Of a stretch of 64,000 bases of DNA, positions 26,106 to 40,741 are shown piece by piece (the stretch's first letter is position 1; every line of letters begins with the position of its first letter). A program made the position numbers and the translations under genes. This DNA comes from Octopus bimaculoides (lineage: Eukaryota): NCBI RefSeq assembly GCF_001194135.2, contig NC_068984.1, forward strand, positions 49,075,505-49,139,504, read 5' to 3'. The notes below the pieces were generated by a model. The model was not told the origin of the DNA. It did no database searches and was given only the letters and a program-made list of their open reading frames with translations.

Positions 26106-26489
26106 GTCAGCAACATAATAAACAATCATGCTCTTTCCCCAATTCTAGGAGTACATTCTATCCGCAAAGTCAGATCTTATGAACAGAATGGGAACTGAAA
26201 AAAAAAAAAAAAATCAGAGACAGAAAAAGAAAAAAAAAATCTATAATTTCAATGATAGAATTAAAAGCGTATGTTTCATTTTACTAAACAATCCAACTTA
26301 CACCAGAGTTCAAAGATGAAGATGATAATAATTACGAATTTCAGCTCTTCAAACAAGAAATATCGCAAAGTTAGATAAAACAATAAATATAAAATGTTAT
26401 AGCGGGGTATATATTATATTCCAATTATAAAACTATTTATTAAAATATGAACGTAAACATATATCTATACATGTATAAATAACTATATA

Positions 26490-26938
26490 TAGAGAGAGGG
26501 ATACACACACACATACATATATACACACACACACGCACACATTCACATTTAAGTGTATATATAATATATATGTATGTGTGTACGTGTGCGTGTGTATGTG
26601 CGTGTGTGCGTATGTGTGTATGTCCGTGTGTGTGTATGTATATACATATAAGCAGATACACATTCTTAATATTTCACACAGTGTTACATGCAACGGAGCA
26701 GAAATTGAATTATGCCTACATATACGCATAAGCATGTGTAGGGTAATGTGTTTAGTTCTCTGTGTGTCGGCGTGTGGATCTGATTTGGTACAAGGATATT
26801 TACATATTTATATGCATGAATGTATGCATATCTATGAAGGAGTATATGTATACAGGTGTTTATATTTTTGAGTGGATGATGTATAACCTTTCTCTTTTCC
26901 ATTATACATATGCATACATACACGCGCGCACGCACATG

Positions 26939-26970
<32 letters not shown>

Positions 26971-27120
26971 CTTATATATTTATATATGTATGTATCTGTA
27001 TTTGTATATGTACATATATATATGAAATACACACATATAAATACAGGCATGCATATGTATATACATGTACGTGTGCGTATGAACGTGTATTTAATACGTG
27101 ATATTTGCATCTATATATCT
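26490..27120. repeat. Degenerate (CA/TA/TG)n low-complexity tract
   Basis: Mixed alternating purine-pyrimidine repeats. Confidence 0.85.
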
Positions 27121-30100
27121 TCATACGTAATTCTTTGTTTTTTTAAATACTTACGCAAAAGCAATCTACCTATTTCATAAATACTTATATAACCAAATAC
27201 ACACGCTCGCAAGCACATGTACGTACACAAAAGAGAGGAAAGATAGAGAAGGAGTGAGTGAAAGAATGAAAGAGTTTGGCATATAACAGTAATACACTAA
27301 TAAGATTTCTTTTGGCTCTCTTATTACTTGCATCAGTTCCTGTAGTCAGTAGCAACGTACAACAAAAGAACAGCTTGATAATTTCCTCAATCTATTTTAA
27401 AAAGTTAAATTAAATTTCTCATATACCGGAAAAGTTATTCTTCCTTCAAACCCAATATTTTCTACAGAAGGTAGGTTGTAGGAATTATAATTAAATATGA
27501 GGTAAATATAAGTGAACAGTATTTGTAAAGGCGAAAATATTTATTACCTTGCCACCTAACACCGTGTCTTTGGATAACAAACGCCACATTCTGAGTAAAT
27601 AAGTCGTGTTGTATTTTCTACACCTGGCAATCCCTAATTTGAATCCAGTGGGATAGAATAAGTAAAGCCAAATTCTTGTATACTACGATAGAGAAGGGAG
27701 AACATTGGAAGAGTGAGACGTTATTATTGTTGTTATTTTATTTAGCTCTAAGTTCGACTTAGTCCTGCAGGTATATGATCAAAGCTATTGCTGCCATTTT
27801 TCCACAAGCAAGAAACCCAGGGCCAACGTTCCAAATTATAAAACGGTAGGTTATATCACCTAATATATTTTTGCAGCTATTTCTAATAGGTTGAGCAAGC
27901 ATGTAGAGGGTCTCTCTAGTGTTGTTCCGACCCAAATCACCAGAGCCATGAGCAATTACATTTCATCTGTGTTTTGTATTTTATTTCTATTTTGTTTCTA
28001 AACTTTGTGTATTGAAGACTACATCATCTAATGTGTCCATGTGTCCTTTTTTCTTACTGACGGCACGGGGTGGTTTTACATTCGAATCGACCACTCGGAG
28101 TTTCTCAATTCACTCATCGGTGTTCTTCTTTAGCCCAAAGTCAACTAATGATCTGGCAGGCCTGTGATCAAATGCGTCCTAATCGTTATCAGGTTCTACA
28201 TTCACGAACCGACTCTTGCTGTAGTCGTTGTCACTGCACAGAGATTTAGTAATTAATTCTGACATGTTAAGCAACGACGTGGGGAGTTTCATATACATAT
28301 ATATGTGTCTGTATATATCTGTGTGTGTCTATGTATGACTGTATGTATATGTTTATATGTGTGTGCATATATACATATATATACTCAAATACATATGGTC
28401 TAATCACAGGAGGTACAGCAGTACCCATGCCCTTATTCTAAGTTATCCAGGACGAGTGAGGCAAAGAAAAATGAACATAATCTACCTGGTTATCTAACAG
28501 TAGACATCCGAATGTTTGCAGCAGATTAGGTCCCACTAAGTGCACCCAAACTTTAGGTGGTTTTATTAAATTTGGTTGGATTAAGTCCACTAATCCAACA
28601 CGCCTATGACTAAAAATGTTTTGTCGATGACTATCTCGTTTTTGTTTCAGAGAAAATTTCGAAAATAATGTTGAACTTGTATCTACTTCAACGTGTCGGA
28701 TCGGGTGCAATATGAGTGAGGTTTGGCTGTTATTTCTAATAATTCAAGGGACCATACAGAGGCTCCTCGTTTGATTTTTTATTGGAGTGGATTCGGGTGT
28801 ATTTCTGGTTGTGGAGGGTCATTCGTCGGTTGTGGTTGCGTTGTAAGTCGTACTGAAATTTGGGTTAGGGTTAGATTAGGTTCAGCTGTAAGAGATTTTC
28901 TCATCACCTAAGTTTATGAGTATTAGAAATCCATACTGCAACCCCACCCTCTTAAATCAGTTAAATCGTTATAGCTCCCACTGTCTACAAATTAATTAAA
29001 GATATGTACGATGATGTTAATCATTTGATGTCTTCTGATTAAAGGCATTTATAAACTGGTGATCCATCTGTTCTTGCTACAGTTGTTTAACGCTAGCTTA
29101 TTCATCGATCACATATATGAACAAGAGTATTCCTTTTATGACCAGCTGATATTTTGCTGAGACAAATCCTAACGGTATGATATGATTGGAGGGTAATGTT
29201 GTTGCTTTATGTAGAAGTTTGAGGGATCATGTATACCTGGTTGACTCAAGATACATTAGCTCAAGATACAGTTCGATCCTTCAGAATGAATAAAAAGGTG
29301 GATACGGAGTGAATATATGGGATGGCTCTTCATCGACTGGATATAAGGCACGATCAGTACCGACAAAAACTTTAGGTTACATCAGCTATTTCACTAAGGA
29401 TTCTGGCAATTTATAAGCCTTGTGATAACTTAGTGGTGTCAACAATGTATTGGATTTGACTGTTAGGTAATTAATATAGTCGAGAGGTGATATAAAACAT
29501 GTAAAACCTGCAGCGGAAAGTAATTCATATGCTGTCTTTAATTTTTCTGTACCAGTCATTAAACTTACTTCCTCCTTGCCATTGTTTATTTTTCCGCTTA
29601 ATTAGCTGTCACTTCACTACATGTTTACCAAAGTTTTGCTTTCTTCAAATTCTCTCAAGGCAAGAGCCCTTTGATGGATACCAATTTAAGACATTTTTAT
29701 GACATTTAGTGATTATTTCGTTGACCTAAAGTAACAGCAGCGAATTCGAATGTAAAGTGCTTTAACAGGTGTCCAGTCAGCAAAATAAAAAGCTTACTGA
29801 CTTTGATTTTTAAGAAAGGTAATCGTCATTAATAAAATGGACAGAATAGTTTCCCGAACGTTCAATTCTGGGACTAACTGAAATATATCGAAACATATAT
29901 TCTATGTTTATGCAAAAGTAACATAAATAATGAATTCAAAACTGAAATCCTAGCGTTTAGCTTTTTTCAATTACTCCTGTGCGTATGTATCTAAAGCCTA
30001 GTCATCACACACTTAACTTTTGTATTCTATTTCTTTTTGGCAGTTTTCTGTAAGCAAGACACTCTACAATCAACGTCACATGAATCATACAACCATACTG

Positions 30101-30481
30101 TATCTTGGTTGGATTCTCAATATAAGTACTTTGTGATTGACAATTACTTTTTTTATGTAGAGATAAAGCACAAAATGTTGAAAGAGACTCACTATAGATA
30201 GCGATGTTATTAGATACATAGGTAAAGGAAGCTATTTTGTCTTTAGTTAATTACTTAGTTTCAATCTGAAAATTTAAAAAAAAACACTTCCAACATACTT
30301 TTCTCACTTGCAAGAAAAGAATAAGCCAATCGCATGAGTACTTGTAATATCTTACACAAATGGTACTTTTCTAGCTCCAGATTTCCTCTTTAGTTCGTGA
30401 TTTTTGACATACATATAGAGGGACCAAAGATTTGTAAATAGGATAACAATAAAAATTTGCGATCTTTATTCCTTCCTTCAT

Positions 30482-30872
30482 TTTGTTGTTGTTGGCACTC
30501 CGTCGCTTACGACGTCGAGGGTTCCAGTTGATCCGATCAAAGGAACAGCCTGCTCGTGAAATTAACGTGCAAGTGGCTGAGCACTCCACAGACACGTGTA
30601 CCCTTAACGTAGTTCTCAGAGATGTTCAGCGTGACACAGTGTGACAAGGCTGACCCTTTGAATTAAAGGCACAACAGAAACAGGAAGTAAGAGTGAGAGA
30701 AAGTTGTGGCTAAAGAGTACAGCAGAGTTCGCCACCATCCCCTGTCGGAGCCTCGTGGAGCTTTAGGTGTTTTCGCTCAATAAACACTCACAACGCCCGG
30801 TCTGGGAACCGAAACCGCGATCCTATGACCGCGAGTTCGCTGCCCTAACCACTAGGCCATTGCGCCTCCACA
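30482..30872 (-). mobile_element. Full-length tRNA-derived SINE, family 4, with 12-bp target-site duplication
   Basis: Minus head tgtggaggcgcaatggcctagtggttagggcagcg...ggtttcggttccc, (AAC)n tail; tccttccttcat at 30470-30481 and 30873-30884. Confidence 0.9.
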
Positions 30873-32929
30873 TCCTTCCTTCATATATCAGGAACATAAG
30901 TCAAAGAGTCTAATGGAGTCTATTGCTCGAAAACTTAGTATTGTTATTACTGCACCCACAAAATAAGCCATCTTTAGTATATATATATATATTACCAACG
31001 CTTGGGCTTACGAGGGCATTCCTTTGTATGTGTGAGATCAGTGTTTTGGGAACAGCGTCCAAATCTGCGTCAAGTCGCATTTGATTCCATCAAGCTTTAC
31101 CGTAACTTCTTAAAATAAAATTCTGCATATTTGACGATATGGAACATAATATACCAAAAGGTGAGATGGTTATAGCTGGAATGATTTTGATCTGTCTACT
31201 TCATCAGTACGAGTCTTGCACTAAAATACCAACAACGTGAGCCCCACAGGAATCGATACACCGGCTGGAAATAACAACAATGCCTCCACCGAAATTATTT
31301 CCAACCACCTTTGAAACATTACATCATATTCATGCATATATTATGTCTTAAATAAATGATGGGATGATCAGTGATAGAGCAGAGTTCATCATAGGTCTAT
31401 AAACATGAACAACAAACAACAGCAAAACTACAAGTTACTAGTATTAATGTATTTATATTAGGCATTTAACTATCATTATGAACTGGGATATGAAAGGGAA
31501 TAGTAGAAAGTCTTTAGCAAAAATTCATAGAGCTATATATTACTGCACCAGCTATAATTGGTGCAAATAGTTGACAACACTTGCAGATATGTGAAAAACA
31601 AGATATTCAACTATGGCAACACTGTGCACATTCATGCAATACTATAGTGCTGTTGCATTAATGTGAAATGCCATGCATATGCTATTGAATTTGCAAAACT
31701 GCTGCGTCAGTTAAGCGGATGCAGCAGAGTGCGCATTACGTAACCTGAATACAGGCGACTCACAGGACTTTATTTTCCTTTATTTCTGTATGCATGTATG
31801 TATGCATTAATGCGTAATAATGTGCTATGTATTCATACGTGCGTGTGTGTTCGTGACTATCTGTGTCTATGAATGTGCATGTCTGTGGGTGGGGGGGAAG
31901 TGTGTGCGGTATGGCGCGAGGTGTTGTTAGAATGTGGTGGGAAGTGATGTGGGGATGTAGTGTGAGTTGATGGGAGGTGATGTGGGGATGTGGTGTGAGG
32001 TGGTGTGAGGAGTGGTGGGAGGGGCGGGATAGGGATAGGTTGGGTGAATGTGTCAATGATCTCTGTGAACAGCAATGAAACATTTTTGACCTATACTTTG
32101 GTTTTATGTATGTGTTACGTTGGTACATATCACTATTTGTGTGCGTAATATATATGTGTATGTGTTAGTGTATGTAGGAGAGTGAGACGAAGTGTTAATG
32201 TGTGATTTGTGTTTAAGATGTGTGCTTACAAGCTTTCGATATTTATATTTTGGAGATGATAAAAAAATTATTCTACTTCATATATTACTTATATATGTGC
32301 ACCAATTTATGTATACATATGCATATATATATATATATATATATANNNNNNNNNNNNNNNNNNNNNNNNNNNNNNNNNNNNNNNNNNNNNNNNNNNNNNN
32401 NNNNNNNNNNNNNNNNNNNNNNNNNNNNNNNNNNNNNNNNNNNNNNNNNNNNNNNNNNNNNNNNNNNNNNNNNNNNNNNNNNNNNNNNNNNNNNNNNNNN
32501 NNNNNNNNNNNNNNNNNNNNNNNNNNNNNNNNNNNNNNNNATATATACATGTATATATATATATATATATATGTGTGTATGTATGCATGTATTCATGTGT
32601 ATGTATACATATATATACATACACACTCTTACGTAAACACACATTCCCGCGCACACACACATAGCATGATGCACTTATAACTATACCTAGAACATCTATA
32701 ATACCCCACACTCCACACGCTTGGCAAGTCCTGATCTGTATGAATCGTCTATGAGCTTTGAAAACATGCTTGTGTATCCCATACCCAAGGAAATCAACCT
32801 CTCTGACTCTAGCAGCTATTCCCTCACTGCGATCTCTACAGTAGTGGAAACATCAGCTAACGGTCACTTCCTCCATAAAATTGTTCCTTTCTTCCCCTTA
32901 ATGATCACCGTAAAAATCCAGATCCAATG

Positions 32930-33305
32930 GCGACATACTCTGCTTAATCACCCACGAATGCCTTTGGTTGTGACATCAGCAAGGCTTTTAACCGTTTCTG
33001 ACATAGGAATTTCCAATGGAAACTATCTATGAATTTCTACCGTGTATTCTGTCTTAAATCATTAGGTTAGATTGCGGTTGCGGTTTTTGTATGTTGAAGT
33101 TCATTCTGTTTCTCACTCTATCTCCAACAATGTATTTGGGAGTTCGGTATTGTTCCTCCCACATTTTCGACCTGCTGACACGTCCAACAGCAATCACACA
33201 CTTATTCAGAATACAGTTCCTCTCATTCCTCTATAACATTTCCCAAGCATGTATTATCCACAGACAATCTGGACACGCTACTCCAAATAATACTGTCTCC
33301 AGGTA
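32930..33305 (-). mobile_element. Possible RTE-type LINE 3' fragment
   Basis: TVLFG...AWEM...DRVRN spacing resembles post-RT RTE motifs; decayed. Confidence 0.3.
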
Positions 33306-33535
33306 GAAATACCTCAAAAGTATCCTCAGGCTGAAAGATGTGATTCTTGTCTCTTTCAGCAGCAAGAAATCGCAATTGCTACTCATATTTTGGTAACTTC
33401 GTTCTATCAATTCCCACTTAATCATAAGGCCGTTCTCGCTCATTGTATAATGATAGCAATATTCAGACAACCATACATAGAACACAAACATACATGCATA
33501 CATATATACATACATACATTCATACATACATGCTT

Positions 33536-33965
33536 ACTTGATGGGCGTCCATTTGTAACCGAAGAAGACCATTGCCGACCTTCAGGAACATTGTGTGCTC
33601 TATGACTAATATATATTTTGCATTTGCGGCTCCATTGGTGGCTAATGAGCCCTGCTCTTGACAAGCATTGACAAGCATACACGACTGCAAACATTGCAGA
33701 TTAAGCTTTCCCTATTCACTATATGAGCCGTGCGCTTTCGCGCAGCTCGCTTAAGTTCTTCATGCTGGATACTTGCTCTCTCAAAAGTGTCGATCCCCTC
33801 CTTAATCTGCTTCCTCCATCCGTGGCGATGACAGGCATTGTTCTCCCAGTCAGTGTCCTGCATATCACAGGCCTTTAATGAGGACTTGACTCAGTCCTTA
33901 AAGCGTAGCCTTGGTTTCTGCTGGAGTCTCCTTCCATTCACAAGTTCTCCATAGAGCATCTGCTA
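33536..33965 (-). mobile_element. RTE (BovB-like) LINE 3' end
   Basis: MLYGELVNG...KPRLRFKD*VKSSLK...WENNACHRHGWRKQIKEG..FE...RAARK...CNVCSRVC..; (ATAC)n on both sides. Confidence 0.8.
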
Positions 33966-34489
33966 TATCATACATACAAACATACATACATTAAAGCAAA
34001 TTAATGTGGAATTTATAGCTCTTGTACCCTGACTGTGAATACTCAACTTTAGCTACAATCATAGATGCATTCGGTTAGGTACAAACATTTATGCACAAAG
34101 AACTAGAAATACTCGGCTTCACGAAGAAGGTGGAAAAGAAATTGACGTGGATTCTTTAAATTCAATCTGTTAGTGGCACACTGAAGATTTGTAAGATATT
34201 CCAAAAATTCTCTATCTGAGACCTTTATGTGAATAGCTGCAACAACTTGGGTGTTCAACCAACAGACCAACTCAACACAGGGAGCTCTCTTAAATCGTGT
34301 TGTGGTTGATAGTGAACAGCTTGAATGCTCTCAAGAACCTAAATAAAACTCATAGAAAAATGCATACATATATACGTACTTACATACGTACATACGTACA
34401 TACACACATACATACATGCATACATACATACACACATACATACATACATACATACATACATGTATACATGTTAGTAGAAAGCTCCGAGA

Positions 34490-34700
34490 TGATAGTAACA
34501 TTGATCATCAAAACAGTCTATCATGGATCAACGAACGGGATACTACCTCCCACTTTGAAGAGTATGTGTTTGTAAACCAGGAAGAGGAAATATCAAGCAA
34601 ATAACTGATGCAGGAAAAGCAGTAAAATGTGACAACCAATGCACACTTTCCAAGGCTCACAGATAACGGATGGATCCACACAGTTGCCAAGTACTATTCT
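34490..34700 (+). mobile_element. Possible RTE-type LINE 3' fragment
   Basis: Follows (ATAC)n; decayed C-terminal-like sequence ending in acagataacggatggatcc. Confidence 0.3.
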
Positions 34701-36832
34701 AGAGATTAGATGAGACCAATTAAAAAGCTTACACGAGTACGATTTAGCTAAACTGATCCAGAGCAAGATGGAAGGGAATGTCGCAATCAAGACTGAATTG
34801 GAAGCTCATTCTGACAAGTAAAGTACAATATGTACACACGCACGCGCACACATGCACACACGCACACTCACACAGAGGAATACATGCGCGCACATACACA
34901 CACACACATGCACACATACACACACACACACACTCACACACATACACACACACACACACTCACACACACACACACATATATATATATATACATATNNNNN
35001 NNNNNNNNNNNNNNNNNNNNNNNNNNNNNNNNNNNNNNNNNNNNNNNNNNNNNNNNNNNNNNNNNNNNNNNNNNNNNNNNNNNNNNNNNNNNNNNNNNNN
35101 NNNNNNNNNNNNNNNNNNNNNNNNNNNNNNNNNNNNNNNNNNNNNNNNNNNNNNNNNNNNNNNNNNNNNNNNNNNNNNNNNNNNNNNNNNNNNNNNNNNN
35201 NNNNNNNNNNNNNNNNNNNNNNNNNNNNNNNNNNNNNNNNNNNNNNNNNNNNNNNNNNNNNNNNNNNNNNNNNNNNNNNNNNNNNNNNNNNNNNNNNNNN
35301 NNNNNNNNNNNNNNNNNNNNNNNNNNNNNNNNNNNNNNNNNNNNNNNNNNNNNNNNNNNNNNNNNNNNNNNNNNNNNNNNNNNNNNNNNNNNNNNNNNNN
35401 NNNNNNNNNNNNNNNNNNNNNNNNNNNNNNNNNNNNNNNNNNNNNNNNNNNNNNNNNNNNNNNNNNNNNNNNNNNNNNNNNNNNNNNNNNNNNNNNNNNN
35501 NNNNNNNNNNNNNNNNNNNNNNNNNNNNNNNNNNNNNNNNNNNNNNNNNNNNNNNNNNNNNNNNNNNNNNNNNNNNNNNNNNNNNNNNNNNNNNNNNNNN
35601 NNNNNNNNNNNNNNNNNNNNNNNNNNNNNNNNNNNNNNNNNNNNNNNNNNNNNNNNNNNNNNNNNNNNNNNNNNNNNNNNNNNNNNNNNNNNNNNNNNNN
35701 NNNNNNNNNNNNNNNNNNNNNNNNNNNNNNNNNNNNNNNNNNNNNNNNNNNNNNNNNNNNNNNNNNNNNNNNNNNNNNNNNNNNNNNNNNNNNNNNNNNN
35801 NNNNNNNNNNNNNNNNNNNNNNNNNNNNNNNNNNNNNNNNNNNNNNNNNNNNNNNNNNNNNNNNNNNNNNNNNNNNNNNNNNNNNNNNNNNNNNNNNNNN
35901 NNNNNNNNNNNNNNNNNNNNNNNNNNNNTATATATATATTTATATATATATATATACATTTAATGTATATATTTATACATGCGTGTGTGTGTGTTTGTGT
36001 ATATGTATGTATTTGTATACATGCATACATGTGTATTAGCATACATGCATATATGTGCGAATAATTTTTTTTTATGCATGTATATATGCATACACACACA
36101 CACACATACACCAACAAAATACATGAGACAGATTTTGACGAATAAATGTTGTGAGAAATTATATGTTATACTATATTATAAAATTTAAGTACTATTAGAA
36201 GACATAGCACAGCATGATATGATATAACTTAGTGACAAAAAGAATATATATTTGTAGAGATATCAGTAATTGAATTAAGATAGTCTTCAAAAAAGAACTT
36301 GATTTGCTCATACGATTTCGAACATTCTCTCCAAACCTTACACCAGGACCCCTGCAAATAATTTTTATTTATTGGATGCTCAGCTGTGCTTATTCCTAAA
36401 AATTCTTTTATAACTCATTGAGTCGCAGTGTAATAAGTGGAGAGTTTCTCCTGTCGAAAAAATTTTAAGACAAAACTTAACGGAACATATATTTTGAAAC
36501 AACGGAATTTGAATCTACCGTTTCAGTCGGAAGCTACATCTTCTCCGGTGTTTAAAACTGTTTCGATGCCCATCTTTTGCAAAGTTTCCATGTGTATAAA
36601 ATACCTCGCAACTGTATCATTAAGAACACTACAGTTGCGACTATCCTTTCTTGAATCAACCATAGTGTACCTAGAGTATATTATGTTCCTCCATTTTTTA
36701 TGGCATGAAGGTAGGGCTCAAACTAGAATTGGATAATCAAATCATTGTGTAAATTGAAATACTTTGTCACTGTTTAACCAGTTGCATTTGTTGGTGATTG
36801 CATAAGATACATTGATTCTCTGTTAACTCATA

Positions 36833-37150
36833 TCAATTGAGTACACTTTCCTTCTCAGAATCAAAGTAAGCCTTTTCACTAATACGCTTTGGGTGAAACA
36901 AAACTATGTATCTAAATCTATAAAATTTAGTAAAATCTGATCCAAGTAACAAGCTAAGTTGATTTCTTTCCAAAATAGTTGAATAAATTTTAGTGCCTTT
37001 ACTGGTGAGAGTGTTATTTATGTACTCTATTTTAATGAATGGCAAATGCAACTTCACCGAGGATTCTTTCATTTTCGTTTTCACTAAGAACCTAGAGAGT
37101 GCTTGACGAGGGTGTAGGAAAAACAGACTGAGATTAATGTAATCCAAATT
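36833..37150 (-). mobile_element. Possible Penelope-like RT thumb remnant
   Basis: KESSVKLHLPFIKI...TKIYS...RISEKAYFDSE resembles E.E....LPFLD...T.VY..RA..I.S....E; weak. Confidence 0.3.
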
Positions 37151-37567
37151 TATTGCAGTCACATTTACGTTAGTGGTAAGAATGGCAGGTCGAATACCGT
37201 GTCGCAATTATTCTGGCTCGTTATATATTGTTTTCAAATCTCGCCAAAGTCGACTTTGCCTTTCACCCATTCGAACATGCTTTCTCGTTCCCTTCGATAA
37301 AGAACCCAAGAAAGAGCGCGCACATAATTCGGGATACCACTCAGTTTACTATCATACTTGGCGGCTTGCTAAGAAAGAAAGAGAGTTGCAAGAGCGATAA
37401 AACCCTCAAGCACGGATTATGGAGTTATAATAGAGAGCAGAAATAATTGATTCTGGAAGAAGTACATACCATAAAATGCAGAGGCGTTAGTGGATTACAA
37501 CATCTCTATTATTTAAAAGCTACTTCATCTCAGTGGCTCTGGAATAATCAAAGCTCAAGTTCATATT

Positions 37568-37646
37568 GCCGAATTTGAACTCACTACGTAGAGAGCCGGA
37601 TAAAATGCCGCAACGTATTTCGCCCGGTGTACTAACGATGCTGCCG
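37568..37646 (-). mobile_element. SINE family 2, tRNA-like head only
   Basis: Reverse complement ggcagcatcgttagtacaccgggcgaaatacgttgcggcatttt...gagttcaaattcggc. Confidence 0.7.
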
Positions 37647-37886
37647 TTGAAAAGGAGCTGAGCGAAGAATTTTAAATGAAACATTCGGTGAGTTAATATT
37701 TGTAGACTAGCCAGACAAGTTAGAGGGAAAGTAATGTCTGGTACATGACTGTATCTAAATTTAGAATCTGAATTAGATTTAACAACTACGAAGTGCCAGT
37801 ATTCAATGCATGCAACCACCAAACCACTAACATACACACAGACACATATCGCACATATACATATACACAGACATATCATATAGATG

Positions 37887-37930
<44 letters not shown>

Positions 37931-39294
37931 NNNNNNNNNNNNNNNNNNNNNNNNNNNNNNNNNNNNNNNNNNNNNNNNNNNNNNNNNNNNNNNNNNNNNN
38001 NNNNNNNNNNNNNNNNNNNNNNNNNNNNNNNNNNNNNNNNNNNNNNNNNNNNNNNNNNNNNNNNNNNNNNNNNNNNNNNNNNNNNNNNNNNNNNNNNNNN
38101 NNNNNNNNNNNNNNNNNNNNNNNNNNNNNNNNNNNNNNNNNNNNNNNNNNNNNNNNNNNNNNNNNNNNNNNNNNNNNNNNNNNNNNNNNNNNNNNNNNNN
38201 NNNATATATATATATATATATAATATATATACACACACTTATATAACTATATGTACAGGCACATATAAATATCTAGACCATGTGTATATGCTCAGCCAAA
38301 TACGAGGATAAACAACATAAAAGAAAATGTAACCGTTAACAAAAGCAACAACAATAAATTATGATGCAAAATTACATCAGAGAAATACTACAGCAATAAT
38401 AACAAATAATAACAACAAAAATATTTTTATTTATAAGCAAGAGTCACCGACATATATAAATAACATAAATATTTATTAATAAACAAAGAGTCAATGACAT
38501 CTATTTTGTTTGTGGCTGAATAAGAAAAAAAGATAATGCTCCAACATAACTTCTCTTTTCACACAATATTAATTTCCTTTTGAGGATAATGAAAATGAAA
38601 TAAAAAGTAATTAAACCCATGAAATACATTATTTAGTTAGAAAGAAAGTATGAAGGGTAGCACTTAGAACGCTTTCAATTTTTCCGTTTGGTGAGGTTGA
38701 TGAGCTTACTGTCCAGTTGGGATTTCTGCGGGTAAGAAATGGTTAATATTGGAAGAAATTCAAGAAATTTGAAGCTCCTGTGAGCTTTAGATGAATTATT
38801 TATTCAGTGAGTGCATGCTTATTTACTCTAGTTATTCCATTATTGCTGCTAAGTATTGCCATTCCAAATTCCACTCTAGACAGTTCTATACAACACTTCT
38901 CTTGTAACATATCTCTTCAAGGAAATTTGATATATATATATATACACAGATGCATACATACATAATCGTATTTTTGAAGTTCAACCCATCGCAGCATGAA
39001 GTGGGACATTAAATGCTCACAATAACGATAACAATTATGGACTATTTGGGTTTGATATTGAAAGACCCGAAACCTCGGAGAGCCCAGATTCATCACTGGC
39101 TCTGTATCTCAGAGTATTTAAATAAACCGAGACCCCCGGTAGTACACGTCAGAACCGAGATGCAAGCAGATGTCTGCAAATACTGAAGTACAGTAAAGCA
39201 GGTTTGTAACATTTTCAAACCTCTCAATATATTTGCAAACCTCTCATTAACTAAAGGAACAATACCATGTTTTCATAGACAGTAATAATTCTTT

Positions 39295-39540
39295 TAACAA
39301 AATATGGCATGACACACAACGGGCAACAATAAAGTAATGCAACTTGAGGAAGAAGCTTACTTCTGGCTTCCAACAGTTTCACACAAACGCAAGGAGAGCA
39401 TTTCTCACACAAGGAACCACTGGTGAGTGGCTCTATACATGTAAGGAGGTCATCAACGCTGCCTCTTCCTCAGCCTTCTCTTTAACATGTTCCTGGAGCG
39501 GATGTTGTTCCATGTCCTGGAAAACTATGTAGACCCTGCG
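39295..39540 (+). mobile_element. RTE-type reverse transcriptase fragment
   Basis: KIWHDTQRATIK...FHTNARRAF..GTTGEW..(G)VHQRC..LLFNMFLERML, the RVWH...GVRQGC.LSP.LFN.FLE region with frameshifts. Confidence 0.7.
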
Positions 39541-40229
39541 TACACCTAAGAGAGGAATTTAAATGTCTCTTTTGCTGGTGGTATTGATTAAGTGGCAAGA
39601 AGGAGAGAGTTAGAATTGAATGAATTAATCAACATTCTGGATACACTCTCCACCGCGTTTAGGGTGGCAATTATTAATAATAAAGTATTAAGACATGTAC
39701 TCCTTGTCAGGTTCACATAGACATTGACGTCTTTTACCAAACTGAAGCCAATATGGAGGGGAAAAGATATCGTTATAAAGAGCTAAATGAGACCCCTTCG
39801 AGCAACTGTACTTTCCATTCCTCTGTACGCATGCAAAATGTTGTCTCTCACTGTAGAGATACTTAAAACGGTATTCTACCACGCATTTAAGGCATCTTGA
39901 ATTTGGACCACATCGCAAGCAAACAACTTTGCAAAATCCTCCAGTTTCACATTAGCACAAAAGAAGATTTCACAACGAAGAAGTAACTGAGATGGTATGG
40001 CCACATAACAAGATCCAATGGATATGCAAACCTATTATTCAAGCATCTGCAAAGGAACAAATGAGAAGCGGAAAGAGAAAAAGATAGACAGAATCTCAAT
40101 GTGATGGCAAATAGTTAGTGGAGCACACAACCGTGAAAGAGGAGGAAGCTGTTTCACAGTGTGCTATGACGGCCAACTGCGACTTCATCGAAATATGAGA
40201 ACCGAGGAGAAGATACACGCGCGCACACA

Positions 40230-40372
40230 TTGGGCTCACAATCATGAAGTAGCTAGTTCGATTTCCGGACAGGGCTGTGTTGTGTTCTTGAGCAAGACAC
40301 TTTATTTCACGTTGCTCTTGTTCACTCAGCTGTAGAAATGTGTGGCGACGTCACTGTTGCCAAGTTGTACTG
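40230..40372 (+). mobile_element. SINE family 1, truncated
   Basis: gggctcacaatcatga...gttcgatttccggac...ttgtgttcttgagcaagacactttatttcacg...cactcagctgtagaaatg. Confidence 0.85.
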
Positions 40373-40656
40373 CGACTCTATTTTGTTTTGTATTTAAATT
40401 TTTTAGCTTTCATAAATATTTCTTCTAGTAAAGCACTTTTACTACATTCATATGAAAGCATTTCTTTGGTTGTATATCAGAGTTCTATTTCTTCCGATTT
40501 CACATCCCAATCGCTTAAAATTCAACTCCTCTAAGCTGACTGCTATTAATAGCAAGGTTTTACAGGAATACGTTTCATTCTACACCGGTGGAATAGGTGA
40601 ACACTTGCTGAAATAGAAAAACTCACATGTGATAAATATATACAAATATTATATAT

Positions 40657-40741
<85 letters not shown>

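Noticed and set aside
28861-28881. Telomere-like tgggttagggttagattagg
   Set aside because: Fewer than three clean TTAGGG units; expected by chance or within old repeats.
39690-40050. Strong minus-strand acceptor and RFAYP string suggesting an exon or Harbinger transposase remnant
   Set aside because: All frames stop soon after and downstream catalytic motifs could not be recognised.
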